This document shows, piece by piece, positions 8,190-17,419 of a DNA stretch of 37,070 nucleotides. The position numbers and the translations under genes are program-made. The DNA is taken from assembly GCA_944329395.1 (NCBI GenBank), contig CALVIF010000003.1, positions 1-37,070 of the forward strand, in the 5' to 3' direction. Below the pieces are notes generated by a model. That model was not told the DNA's origin. It made no database searches and was given only the letters and a program-made list of their open reading frames with translations. The stretch's first letter is position 1. Each line of letters starts with the position of its first letter. Source of the DNA: an uncultured Bacilli bacterium (GTDB lineage Bacteria > Bacillota_I > Bacilli_A > RF39 > UBA660).

Positions 8190-8915
8190 ATGGATGTAAA
8201 ATTTAAAATTAATGATTTTGAAGGTCCACTTGATTTACTGTTACATTTAATTAAAGAAAATAAAATGGATATTATGAATATTGAAATTGAGAAAATAACA
8301 GAACAGTATATGGATTATTTGAAATATCAAGAGAGACTTAATTTGGAAATAGCTAGTGAGTATTTAATATTAGCTAGTGAATTAATCGAAATAAAATCAA
8401 AACTTTTATTGCCAAGGGTTAAGGATGATGAAGTTTTAGATGAAGATTATGATCCTCGCGAAGAGTTGGTTAATCGTTTAATTGAATATCAAACTTATAA
8501 GGAAATAACAAAATTACTACAACAGAAAGAAGAATTACGACGAGAAATATATACAAAATCTCCTGAAAATATAAAAAATTATGTTGATCAAGTTAATGAT
8601 GTTGTCAGTGATATGACGCTTGATGATTTAGTAAATGCTTTTAAAAAATACTTGGAAAGAAAAGTAGTTAATAAACCTTTAAATACTAAAATTGCTATTA
8701 AGGAAATTACTGTTTCTTCTAGAAGATATGAAATAAAGAAAATACTTAAGCTTAAGGGAAAAGTATCGTTTGAAGAGCTTTTTCCTGTTGTTAGTAGGGA
8801 ATATGTAGTAGTGACTTTTTTAGCTATATTAGAAATGGCTAAAAGTGGCGAGATGATAATTGTACAAAATGAAACTTTTGATGACATTATTTGTGAGGTG
8901 GCAAATGGAGAATAA
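8190..8915 (+). CDS. scpA: Segregation and condensation protein A
   Basis: FEGPLDLLLHLI, ASEYLILASELIEIKSKLLLP, DPREELVNRLIEY, VTFLAILEM. Confidence 0.95.
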   Translation: MDVKFKINDFEGPLDLLLHLIKENKMDIMNIEIEKITEQYMDYLKYQERLNLEIASEYLILASELIEIKSKLLLPRVKDDEVLDEDYDPREELVNRLIEYQTYKEITKLLQQKEELRREIYTKSPENIKNYVDQVNDVVSDMTLDDLVNAFKKYLERKVVNKPLNTKIAIKEITVSSRRYEIKKILKLKGKVSFEELFPVVSREYVVVTFLAILEMAKSGEMIIVQNETFDDIICEVANGE

Positions 8916-9492
8916 GGCGATTTTGGAGGGGCTTTTATTTGTTGTAGGAGAAGAGGGACTTACTTTTAAACAAATTGAGAGTGTTTTGGAAATAAATGAA
9001 GAAGAGGCTAAAATCTTATTAATGGAATTAAAAAAGGATTATGAAGATGATTCTAGGGGATTAAGAATTGATTTTTTGGGAAATAGATTTAAGATGACGA
9101 CAAAATTTGAACATAGAAAATTCTATCAAAAATTACTAGAAAATCCAGAAACTAACATGTTAAGTCAAGCAGCTTTAGAGACATTGGCTATTATTGCTTA
9201 TAATGAGCCTGTTACTAGAATGCAAGTAGATGCAATGAGAGGTGTTGGAAGTACACAAATAATACGTAAGTTGGTTGCTAAAGGTTTTATTAAAGAAAGT
9301 GGTAGAAGTGATTTACCTGGTAGACCAATATTATATGAAACAACTAATGATTTTTTAGATTATTTTGGACTTTCAACATTGGATGATTTGCCAGATATGA
9401 GCGGTTTGATAGAGCAAAGTCAAAAAGAACGAGATGAGACAGATTTGTATATTTCTAAGTATAGTGAAAAAGAGGAAGTATTAAATAATTAA
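8905..9492 (+). CDS. scpB: SMC-Scp complex subunit ScpB
   Basis: ILEGLLFVVGEEG, LSQAALETLAIIAYNEPVTR, GRSDLPGRPILYETT, FLDYFGL. Confidence 0.95.
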   Translation: MENKAILEGLLFVVGEEGLTFKQIESVLEINEEEAKILLMELKKDYEDDSRGLRIDFLGNRFKMTTKFEHRKFYQKLLENPETNMLSQAALETLAIIAYNEPVTRMQVDAMRGVGSTQIIRKLVAKGFIKESGRSDLPGRPILYETTNDFLDYFGLSTLDDLPDMSGLIEQSQKERDETDLYISKYSEKEEVLNN

Positions 9493-9500
9493 TTTATGTA

Positions 9501-9528
9501 TTGATTAAATTTTAATACATGGTATAAT
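9501..9528 (+). promoter_or_regulatory. Sigma-A promoter of tRNA-Thr
   Basis: TTGATT-N16-TATAAT with an extended TG. Confidence 0.6.
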
Positions 9529-9566
9529 TTATTAGTAATGTTTATATTTATTGATTATAAACATTT

Positions 9567-9642
<76 letters not shown>

Positions 9643-9688
9643 TTTTGATAGAAAACTTGAATTTTTATAAATTTGAGTGTTATAAATT

Positions 9689-9712
9689 GCTAACAGTAAT
9701 GTTAGCTTTTTT
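9689..9712 (+). terminator. Terminator after tRNA-Thr
   Basis: GCTAACA-gtaa-TGTTAGC-TTTTTT. Confidence 0.75.
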
Positions 9713-9855
9713 GTTATTATAAGAATGTAAAAGTATTAGAAATAAAATAATATATATTTGTTGTAATTGTTATATAAAAAGTCACTATAAATTTTTTAAA
9801 TTATTCATTGTGAGTAAATATTTTTTATATAAATTTTTACATATATAAAAATATA

Positions 9856-9890
9856 AAAAGACTACTTTTTTTGAATAATAGTAGTCTTTT
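9856..9890 (-). terminator. Terminator downstream of the 2H gene
   Basis: AAAAGACTACT...AGTAGTCTTTT inverted repeat. Confidence 0.6.
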
Positions 9891-9957
9891 CATATACTAA
9901 TTTTTTTAGAAATAAATTTGTAAATTGTGAAAATTAGTGTGCGTGTGTAGTTAGTGT

Positions 9958-10416
9958 TTATCTGGTTTTAGTTTTAGAAATTGGCTCAAAAGATAGATAT
10001 TCATTATTTTCTTCTTTTATCCAATAACCAAATTTGCCAATTATTTTAATTGGTTTTTCTAATGGCTTAAATTTTAAATTTTTAGTATTTGATGCTTTTG
10101 CTCCTTCTGATAATGAAACGGTAATATGTGGTGGTTTTAACATATTTGGATTTTGTTCATCATAGTTTATGTAATATGGAATTAATTCGTCAGGAAGTTG
10201 TATTTTAAATCCACTATTTTGACCATCATTTCCGTATCCTGTTAAAAGTACTTCAAATGTTTGCCCCACAATGTCATTAAATACTTCATCAGATGTTGGG
10301 TGATATTTAAATGTACAGTGTAGTTCATCATTAATTTTTGCTAATTTTCTTTCTTCTAATGAATGTATTAATTCTGTCATATCGACATCAAAAAATATTC
10401 CTTCATAACTTAACAT
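9958..10416 (-). CDS. 2H phosphoesterase superfamily protein
   Basis: Two HxT motifs about 65 aa apart (ELHCTFKY, PPHITVSL); 152 aa; RBS AGGAG. Confidence 0.7.
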   Translation of the reverse strand: MLSYEGIFFDVDMTELIHSLEERKLAKINDELHCTFKYHPTSDEVFNDIVGQTFEVLLTGYGNDGQNSGFKIQLPDELIPYYINYDEQNPNMLKPPHITVSLSEGAKASNTKNLKFKPLEKPIKIIGKFGYWIKEENNEYLSFEPISKTKTR

Positions 10417-10733
10417 ATATTTTCTCCTATTTTATTATATTAAATATAATTTTTTACTATTTAAAGATTTTTAATAATTTAATTTTAGTTCTTTTTACAA
10501 ATAATTTTAATTACTTTCTTTTTTTGAACTACTTTAATTATACTATAATTTATATATTTTATATTATAATAATTTTTTTTAGTTGATAAATATTATTAAT
10601 ATTTATGTGTAAAAGTTTTTTCAAAAATGATAGTATTTTATGTGATAAGTGTACTTTTATTATAAAATTTTTTTAAATTATTGATTTTTTATCTTTTCAA
10701 ATAAAAAAAATATGATATAATTAATTAGTACTT

Positions 10734-10820
10734 GCTCGTATGGCGGAATTGGTAGACGCGGCAGACTCAAAATCTGCTTCTAGTGATAGAGTTCCGGTTC
10801 AAGTCCGGATACGAGCACCA
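10734..10820 (+). tRNA. tRNA-Leu (anticodon CAA)
   Basis: Acceptor GCTCGTA/TACGAGC, GGCGGAATTGGTAGACGC, GCAGA-CTCAAAA-TCTGC, long variable arm, GGTTCAAGTCC, CCA; 87 nt. Confidence 0.97.
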
Positions 10821-10832
10821 TAGTTGAAATTT

Positions 10833-10855
10833 AAGCACTTTCTAGTGCTTTTTTT
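10833..10855 (+). terminator. Terminator after tRNA-Leu
   Basis: AAGCACT-ttct-AGTGCTT plus T run. Confidence 0.7.
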
Positions 10856-10997
10856 ATTTTAAAATATTTTATGTTTTATTTTGATTTACGGAAAATTTCT
10901 TTATGTCTAAAATAAATATTGTTTTTGTATTTTAATATGTGATACTATTTATTATAGTATGTGGTATTATTTTGACTAATTTATTGGTGGTGAAAAT

Positions 10998-11987
10998 ATG
11001 GCTGATATTTTTTCTGGTAATTATGCAGGAAATCAAATTTTTTATAATCCTGATGTTACTCAACAAGCAATTAATGAAATTTGTAATATTTGTGATGATG
11101 TTAGTGATCTTTGTGATTCAGTTCTTCAGGAAGATAAATATTTTGATTCTGTTCCTGAAAGATATAAATCTTTAATTCCGTCAAAAAGATTTAGCGATTT
11201 ATATCGTGGAATTACAGTTCAATTAAGTGGTGCGAATAGACGGGTTTTATCACAAATAGGTGCTATAACAGGAGCTATACAAGATTATTGTTCTGGTGAT
11301 GGATTTTCTGATGAGACTATTGCTATTTTAAATAGAGAATCTAAGTATATGTCTTCACCTGGTTTTAGTGGTGATAGTGGTAATAGTGATGTTGGTATTG
11401 GTGTTAATAGTAATAGTAATTCTAATAAAAATGATGATTTGAATAATAATGAATTGGATAGTGAATCTATTCCTACGCTTCCAGATGATAGTATTAATTC
11501 AAGTAATTTAGGATTAGATAATGATGATGTATTGATTCCTACTATTAATACAAATACAACTGGAAATATGCAAATTCCTAATAGTGGTGATGAGTCTTTA
11601 ATAATGAATGATGATATTACATCTACTGGTGATTTAAATAATACTAATAATCCTTTTAATATGGCTTCTACAAGTTCTTTTTCTATACCATCTATTTTAG
11701 GTTTAAGTGGAAATAGTGTTGATGCCAAAAAAACAAATATGGTAGCTGCATCTGGTATTGCTTTGGCAGCAACATCTGCTATTGGTGGTAAGATTTTTTA
11801 TGATAGAAAGAAAAATAATAATACTGAAGATGATGATAAAGAAGATGACGATGATTATGTTTTTGATGATGATATTGAAGATGAAATGTTAGATTTAGAT
11901 GATGAATTAGATGATAATAAACAGGTTATGAATAATATGGTTGATTTTAAAAATAGTTTATTGGAGAATGATGAGGTGAGTTTTTAA
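10998..11987 (+). CDS. Hypothetical protein: helical N-terminus, N/D/S-rich linker, single TM, acidic tail
   Basis: Hydrophobic MVAASGIALAATSAIGGKIFY followed by DRKKNN and a D/E-rich tail. Confidence 0.7.
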   Translation: MADIFSGNYAGNQIFYNPDVTQQAINEICNICDDVSDLCDSVLQEDKYFDSVPERYKSLIPSKRFSDLYRGITVQLSGANRRVLSQIGAITGAIQDYCSGDGFSDETIAILNRESKYMSSPGFSGDSGNSDVGIGVNSNSNSNKNDDLNNNELDSESIPTLPDDSINSSNLGLDNDDVLIPTINTNTTGNMQIPNSGDESLIMNDDITSTGDLNNTNNPFNMASTSSFSIPSILGLSGNSVDAKKTNMVAASGIALAATSAIGGKIFYDRKKNNNTEDDDKEDDDDYVFDDDIEDEMLDLDDELDDNKQVMNNMVDFKNSLLENDEVSF

Positions 11988-12487
11988 TGTCACATAATAT
12001 TACATCAACTGAAATTAGTAATGGTTTATATGATAATGATATTTTGTCTAGTGAATATAAAAATAAAATTTATGAACTAGAAAATTTCGATAATTCCTTT
12101 AAAAAATCCAACTCAAATGTTAGTTATAATGTTAATCCTTCTGCTAGACTTTCTAAGTATGATTATGACTCTTTTAAAGCTGGACCTAGAAATGCTTTTC
12201 AGGAATTATCTGGTCAATTTGAGGTAAGTGTTAATCAAATAAATAATCAAATTGATGATTATATTCAGTTAGCAAAAGTTCAAAGAAAGGCTATTGAAGA
12301 TGCTATAGCAAAAGATAAAAATGCTCATCTTTTGGCATTAAATGCGGCTAATGCAGTCGAAGATGTATATGTTGAAAGTGTTGATGAAAACAATGAGCCA
12401 ATATTTGTATATTCTAAAAGTGAAACTGAAGCTGCAAGGCGAGCAGAATATGAAAGAGTTTGGGAAGCAAATTGTTGGAAACCATAG
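11987..12487 (+). CDS. Hypothetical protein
   Basis: TAATG stop/start overlap with the upstream gene; predicted helical. Confidence 0.65.
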   Translation: MSHNITSTEISNGLYDNDILSSEYKNKIYELENFDNSFKKSNSNVSYNVNPSARLSKYDYDSFKAGPRNAFQELSGQFEVSVNQINNQIDDYIQLAKVQRKAIEDAIAKDKNAHLLALNAANAVEDVYVESVDENNEPIFVYSKSETEAARRAEYERVWEANCWKP

Positions 12488-12534
12488 TATAAATTTAATT
12501 TATAATAAAGATAAAGATTGTTTGGGGGATTTTT

Positions 12535-12849
12535 ATGAAGTTAGAGCATCAGTTTAAATTATTAGTTGGTGGTTATTATGGAATAACTTATTTGGATGAA
12601 TATTCTTTAAAAGAATATCTTTTAAAAGATATTGAGGGTTATATTAGAGATTTTGTTTTAGAAAATCCAATTGAAAATTTTGATTATTATTTTTTTGCTG
12701 ATAAGTATGAAAAAGAATTATCAGAAAAAGAAAAATTGCAGAATTCATTGATTGTATTAAATAAAATTAAGGCATCTATGGATGTTGTTTTATTAGTAAA
12801 AAAACATATTAAAATGTTGGAAAACAATGAAAAAGAAAAAGAATTATAA
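12535..12849 (+). CDS. Hypothetical protein
   Basis: RBS GGGGGA; 104 aa; no motif recognised. Confidence 0.65.
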   Translation: MKLEHQFKLLVGGYYGITYLDEYSLKEYLLKDIEGYIRDFVLENPIENFDYYFFADKYEKELSEKEKLQNSLIVLNKIKASMDVVLLVKKHIKMLENNEKEKEL

Positions 12850-12904
12850 TTTACAATTCTTTTTTTTTCATTTATAATAAGCATTAATTTTAGGAGATGG
12901 TATT

Positions 12905-13726
12905 TTGAATTTTATTTTATATGCATTTTTGGGTGTTGTTTTGTTCTTTTTGATTAATTATTTTACTAGTAGATATAATTTTGATAAGAAAGATAATATC
13001 GTTTTTTCTTTAATTTTTTTAATTATCGTGGCTGGAATTTCTTACAGAATAGGATTGGTTAATTTTAACGAAGATATTTTTATGATTATCTTTTTTGAAT
13101 CATTTATTCAATTGTTTTATGCTAATTATTTCTTTGGTAGCAATAAGACTGATAAATATATTTCTTTTTATATTTGTAAAATATTATTGGCTTTTTTTAT
13201 TAATTTTGAATTTATAAATAAAGTTGATGATGTGTTTTTAGTTGGTGATGAATTAAAAATAATTATATGGTTATTAATAATTGGATATTTATATCAATTT
13301 TTTAATGGTAATAAAACGCTTAAATCATCAATTGAGAAAAAAAGTATTTCTAAAGAGTATATTATTTTATCATTTGCTAAGTTTAAAATTATTTATGATG
13401 ATGGTATTGTGATGAAGGATGAATCTAAAAAGTTGATTATATATTCTATAATGATTTTTAATAATTATATGAGACCTAGGTTTTTTAGAGTATTTGATAA
13501 TTTAATATTTAAGTTAAATAATAAACCTAGAAAATTAGGAATTATGCAGGTTATGTCAAAAAAATATATTAATGATTATGATAGTATTATTTTTGTTATA
13601 AAAAAGATTGAGAAGTTGTGCGATAAAGCTAAAACTGATAGTGATGTGTTTAGCCTGTATGATAAGGATAATGCTGTAATGTTATGTTTTATCTATGATC
13701 AATTGATGAAGTTTTGTAAATTATAA
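12905..13726 (+). CDS. Multi-pass membrane protein with a soluble C-terminal domain
   Basis: About 5 hydrophobic segments, then IIYSIMIFNNYMRP...KLGIMQV. TTG start after AGGAG. Confidence 0.7.
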   Translation: MNFILYAFLGVVLFFLINYFTSRYNFDKKDNIVFSLIFLIIVAGISYRIGLVNFNEDIFMIIFFESFIQLFYANYFFGSNKTDKYISFYICKILLAFFINFEFINKVDDVFLVGDELKIIIWLLIIGYLYQFFNGNKTLKSSIEKKSISKEYIILSFAKFKIIYDDGIVMKDESKKLIIYSIMIFNNYMRPRFFRVFDNLIFKLNNKPRKLGIMQVMSKKYINDYDSIIFVIKKIEKLCDKAKTDSDVFSLYDKDNAVMLCFIYDQLMKFCKL

Positions 13727-13789
13727 TTGTTGTGTGTTTTCAAAAATTGTTATTTATGGTATATTTTTTACTATAAGGTGGTTATGTTT

Positions 13790-14632
13790 ATGAAAAAGAC
13801 AGTTATATGCATTTTAATTATTTTTGTTATGTCATTTATTGTTACTGGATGTCGTCATGGTGATATTACTAGAGCTATTAGGCATGCTGGGTTTACAGTT
13901 GGGTCAGTTGATTTTACTTGTAGTGAATTTTTACCTCAAAATGATGAAGATACTTATTATTCTAAAATTTGGTATTTAGATTCATCAAAGATTATTACAG
14001 AATATGGTGTTGTCTATGATTATATTTTAGGTGGAGAATATTCTAATGGTCAAAGTTGTAAACAGGCAGATTTTACAAAGAAGGTTGTAGCTATATTGGA
14101 TAGTCAAATTGTGAAAGCTGATGATGGTAGATTGTATTATTTTGGTGATAATGGTAATGCTCCTGCATATTCGCAAGTAACGACAGAGGATAATTCATAT
14201 TCTATTTATAAAATTATTTTTGAAGATCCTCAAGTTATAAAGGCTATTACTGTTGATCAAGAAGCAGGAATTTATTATCTACTTAAAAGAGATGGAAATG
14301 TTTATAAATATGTTATTTCTAAAGGATATAACAATGAACCTGCAAAATTGCAAAGTAGTGAGATTGTATATAGTAAGGGTGCATATGGTGGACCAATTTT
14401 AGATTTTAGTTATTCTACAACATCTCTTGCTACTAATTATATACGAACTAATTTTACTTTGTATCGTAATATTGCTTCTAATAGGGAAATGTGTGAAAAA
14501 TATGAAGATGTTCAATGCCAATATACAATGCGTAATGATACTGATTTATTTCAATATATGAATAATGTTATTGCATATAATGGTGGAATTATAATTACAA
14601 ATTATGGAAAAGTTTTTAACGTTGTGCAGTAG
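13790..14632 (+). CDS. Putative lipoprotein
   Basis: MKKTVICILIIFVMSFIVTGC: signal peptide with lipobox VTG-C. Confidence 0.75.
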   Translation: MKKTVICILIIFVMSFIVTGCRHGDITRAIRHAGFTVGSVDFTCSEFLPQNDEDTYYSKIWYLDSSKIITEYGVVYDYILGGEYSNGQSCKQADFTKKVVAILDSQIVKADDGRLYYFGDNGNAPAYSQVTTEDNSYSIYKIIFEDPQVIKAITVDQEAGIYYLLKRDGNVYKYVISKGYNNEPAKLQSSEIVYSKGAYGGPILDFSYSTTSLATNYIRTNFTLYRNIASNREMCEKYEDVQCQYTMRNDTDLFQYMNNVIAYNGGIIITNYGKVFNVVQ

Positions 14633-14644
14633 GGAGGATTTTAA

Positions 14645-15517
14645 ATGTTGGTTGCAAGTGAATGGAATGATTATGAGATAATCGATGCTTCTTGTGGAAA
14701 AAAATTAGAAAGATGGGGTAATATATTTTTGTTAAGACCAGATCCTCAAATTGTTTGGGATAATGGAGATTTGTTTGTTAAGTATCATGATAAAATTGAT
14801 GCGGTATATCATCGTAGTAATAAGGGTGGCGGACATTGGGAAAATTTAAAAGAAATTCCAGCTTCTTGGACCATTTGTTATAAGCAATTAAGTTTTAATA
14901 TTAAGCAAATGGGATTTAAACATACTGGCTTATTTCCAGAGCAAGCTGTTAATTGGGATTTTATGATTCAGAAAATAAAGAATTCAAAGCGTAATATTAA
15001 GGTTCTTAATTTATTTGCTTATACAGGTGGTGCTAGTGTTGCTTGCCTTTTTGCGGGAGCTCATGTTACTCATGTTGATTCTTCGAGAGGAATGGTTGAT
15101 TGGTGTAAAGAAAATGTTAAATCAAGTAATTTAGATAATTCAAATATGCGATATTTGGTAGATGATGTTATAAAATTTGTTCAACGTGAGGCTAGACGTG
15201 GTAATAAATATGATGCTATTATTATGGATCCTCCAAGTTATGGTAGAGGTGCTAATGGTGAGGTTTGGGATATTGAGAAAAATTTAAATTATTTGGTAAA
15301 TATTTGTTTAGATATATTGAGTGATAAACCATTATTTTTCTTAATTAATTCATATACTACAGGTTTATCTTCGACTGTGCTTTTTAATATTTTGAAACTT
15401 ACTGTTAATAGGAAATATGATGGTAAAATTACTTGTGGTGAAGTTGGATTACCTATTACAAATGGGGAACTTATTTTACCATGTGGTATTTACGGAAGAT
15501 GGGAATGTAATGAATAA
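14645..15517 (+). CDS. Class I SAM-dependent rRNA methyltransferase (RlmI/RlmK-like)
   Basis: FKHTGLFPEQAVNW, VLNLFAYTGGAS, VTHVDSS, IIMDPPSYGRG. Confidence 0.9.
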   Translation: MLVASEWNDYEIIDASCGKKLERWGNIFLLRPDPQIVWDNGDLFVKYHDKIDAVYHRSNKGGGHWENLKEIPASWTICYKQLSFNIKQMGFKHTGLFPEQAVNWDFMIQKIKNSKRNIKVLNLFAYTGGASVACLFAGAHVTHVDSSRGMVDWCKENVKSSNLDNSNMRYLVDDVIKFVQREARRGNKYDAIIMDPPSYGRGANGEVWDIEKNLNYLVNICLDILSDKPLFFLINSYTTGLSSTVLFNILKLTVNRKYDGKITCGEVGLPITNGELILPCGIYGRWECNE

Positions 15518-16169
15518 ACTAAATGTTTTGTATGAAGATAATCATGTAATTGTGGTTGAGAAGCCTATTAATATTCTTAGTCAAGGTGATGCTACTGGTG
15601 ATATTGATTTGCTTACTATGGTAAAACAATATATAAAAAACAAATATAATAAGCCAGGAAATGTTTATATAGGTCTTATTCATAGGTTGGATAGACCTGT
15701 TGGTGGAATAATGGTATTTGCTAGAAGTTCGAAGGCTGCTAGTAGACTTAATAAGCAGCAGCTTGAGCATAACTTTGAAAAAAAATATTTGGCTGTAATT
15801 AATGGTATTATGGATAATAACAGTGGCAAGCTTGTTGATAAATTGGAAAAGCAAAGTGATGGTAGTACAATTGTTTCAGAGAATGGAAAAAGATGTGTTT
15901 TAAATTATAAAGTTCTTGATGTAAATAAGAAAACAATGCATAGTTTAGTTGAAATTGAATTGGAAACGGGAAGACATCATCAAATACGCGTTCAGTTTGC
16001 ATCACGAGGACATTATTTATGTGGGGATCAGAGATATGGTAAAGTTGATAAGACACAGTTAGCTTTGTATGCATATAAATTAGGATTTGTTCATCCCGTT
16101 ACGAAAGAAAAAATGCAATTTTCTTTGAATCCGCCAAAGAGTGGTTATTGGACAGAATTTACAATGTAA
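15510..16169 (+). CDS. RluA-family pseudouridine synthase
   Basis: VLYEDNHVIVVEKP, HRLDRPVGG, LETGRHHQIRVQ, GDQRYG, FVHPVTKE. Confidence 0.93.
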   Translation: MNKLNVLYEDNHVIVVEKPINILSQGDATGDIDLLTMVKQYIKNKYNKPGNVYIGLIHRLDRPVGGIMVFARSSKAASRLNKQQLEHNFEKKYLAVINGIMDNNSGKLVDKLEKQSDGSTIVSENGKRCVLNYKVLDVNKKTMHSLVEIELETGRHHQIRVQFASRGHYLCGDQRYGKVDKTQLALYAYKLGFVHPVTKEKMQFSLNPPKSGYWTEFTM

Positions 16170-16256
16170 AAATTATGTATATTTAATAAAAAGTTTGCAA
16201 TCGTAATTTTTTTTTGTTATGATAAATATAGATTAGAGTAAAGGGAGTTAGATCTT

Positions 16257-17330
16257 ATGAAAAATTTTGATTTAAGTTGGTTTTTAACAATTCAAGGTAT
16301 GTTAGTTTCTGCTGGTGTGTTGTTATTATTAGTTGCTATTATTATATTATTATATTCTTCGTCTAGAGATAAGAAAGAAAAGAAAGCTGCTTTGGCTGCT
16401 GAACAGCCACAAGCAAGTGATGTTGTGGCTAATAGTAATGCTAGTGTTCAAAATCCTGTAAATACTAATACAACAATACCTAATAATGGCGGTACTATTG
16501 CTCAAGCAACAGCTCCTAATTTAACAAGTGGTGCTATTTCTGAAAGTGCGCCTATGATTGATAATAATGTGGCTATGCCTATGCCAACTTCTACTGTTCA
16601 GAATAATAATATTCCATTAAATTCACAACCAAATAATTTAGTTTCAAATGTACCTGTTGCTGATGTTAATTCAGTTAATTCGTCTATGTATAATGTTCCA
16701 CAAGATAATGTTGTTACAGCAATGCCTTCTACACCAATTATGCAAGGTGTTCCTATGGATTCAGCAAATACAATTGTTAATTCAACTGTTTCTAATGTTA
16801 ATATGGAGCCTGTTAATTATCAAAATACAGCTGTTCCACCTGTTGTCGAGCCAGCACCAGTTGAGCCTATGGCTGTTGAACCTGTGCCAGTTGAACCTTT
16901 GGTAGAGCCAGCACCGGTTGAACCTTTGGTTGAACCTGTACCAGTTGAGCCTGTAATTCAAGCTGTACCAGTTGAACCTGTTGTTCAAACAGTACCTAGT
17001 GCATATGGTGAAACTTTTGCTCAAACTCAAGTATCACCATCTATGCCAGTTGAAGTTACACCAGCAATTCAGCCTCAAGCTAGTGTTCAACCTGTTATTT
17101 ATGGAGGAGCTAGTCCTGTTGTTTCTAACTTAAATTTAGGACAAAATAATTCACATGAAATTTATGGTGGAGCAAATCCACTTGAAAATACACAGTCAAT
17201 GCCAATTATGGGTAATCAGGCTATGACTCCGTCAGTATCTAATACAGTTAATGCTCCTGGAGTTTCTGTTTCTTCAGCTGCTACTATGACTGTACCAGTG
17301 ATGGAACCTATTAATGAGTCTATTCATTAA
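16257..17330 (+). CDS. N-terminally anchored, Pro/Val/Asn-rich disordered membrane protein
   Basis: One TM (GMLVSAGVLLLLVAIIILLY), then a basic patch and a long low-complexity region. Confidence 0.75.
   Translation: MKNFDLSWFLTIQGMLVSAGVLLLLVAIIILLYSSSRDKKEKKAALAAEQPQASDVVANSNASVQNPVNTNTTIPNNGGTIAQATAPNLTSGAISESAPMIDNNVAMPMPTSTVQNNNIPLNSQPNNLVSNVPVADVNSVNSSMYNVPQDNVVTAMPSTPIMQGVPMDSANTIVNSTVSNVNMEPVNYQNTAVPPVVEPAPVEPMAVEPVPVEPLVEPAPVEPLVEPVPVEPVIQAVPVEPVVQTVPSAYGETFAQTQVSPSMPVEVTPAIQPQASVQPVIYGGASPVVSNLNLGQNNSHEIYGGANPLENTQSMPIMGNQAMTPSVSNTVNAPGVSVSSAATMTVPVMEPINESIH
16845..16997 (+). repeat. In-frame tandem VEP repeats (9 copies)
   Basis: VEPAPVEPMAVEPVPVEPLVEPAPVEPLVEPVPVEPVIQAVPVEPVVQTVP, with synonymous codon variation between units. 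Confidence 0.85.
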
Positions 17331-17345
17331 TTATTAGGCTTATAT

Positions 17346-17372
17346 AAAACATAAGGTAACTTATGTTTTTTC
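17346..17372 (+). terminator. Intrinsic terminator
   Basis: AAAACATAAG-gtaa-CTTATGTTTT plus T's. Confidence 0.7.
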
Positions 17373-17419
17373 TTTTGTTTATTGAAATACTAGGTTATAA
17401 TATTCGTAGGTGGTTAATT

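Noticed and set aside
9643-10733. att-site duplication of a tRNA 3' end around the 2H gene
   Set aside because: No repeated copy of either tRNA 3' end was found.
10338-11175. ORFs 10338-10586 and 10939-11175
   Set aside because: F/I/L/N/Y-rich translations typical of AT-rich noise, overlapping better-supported genes.
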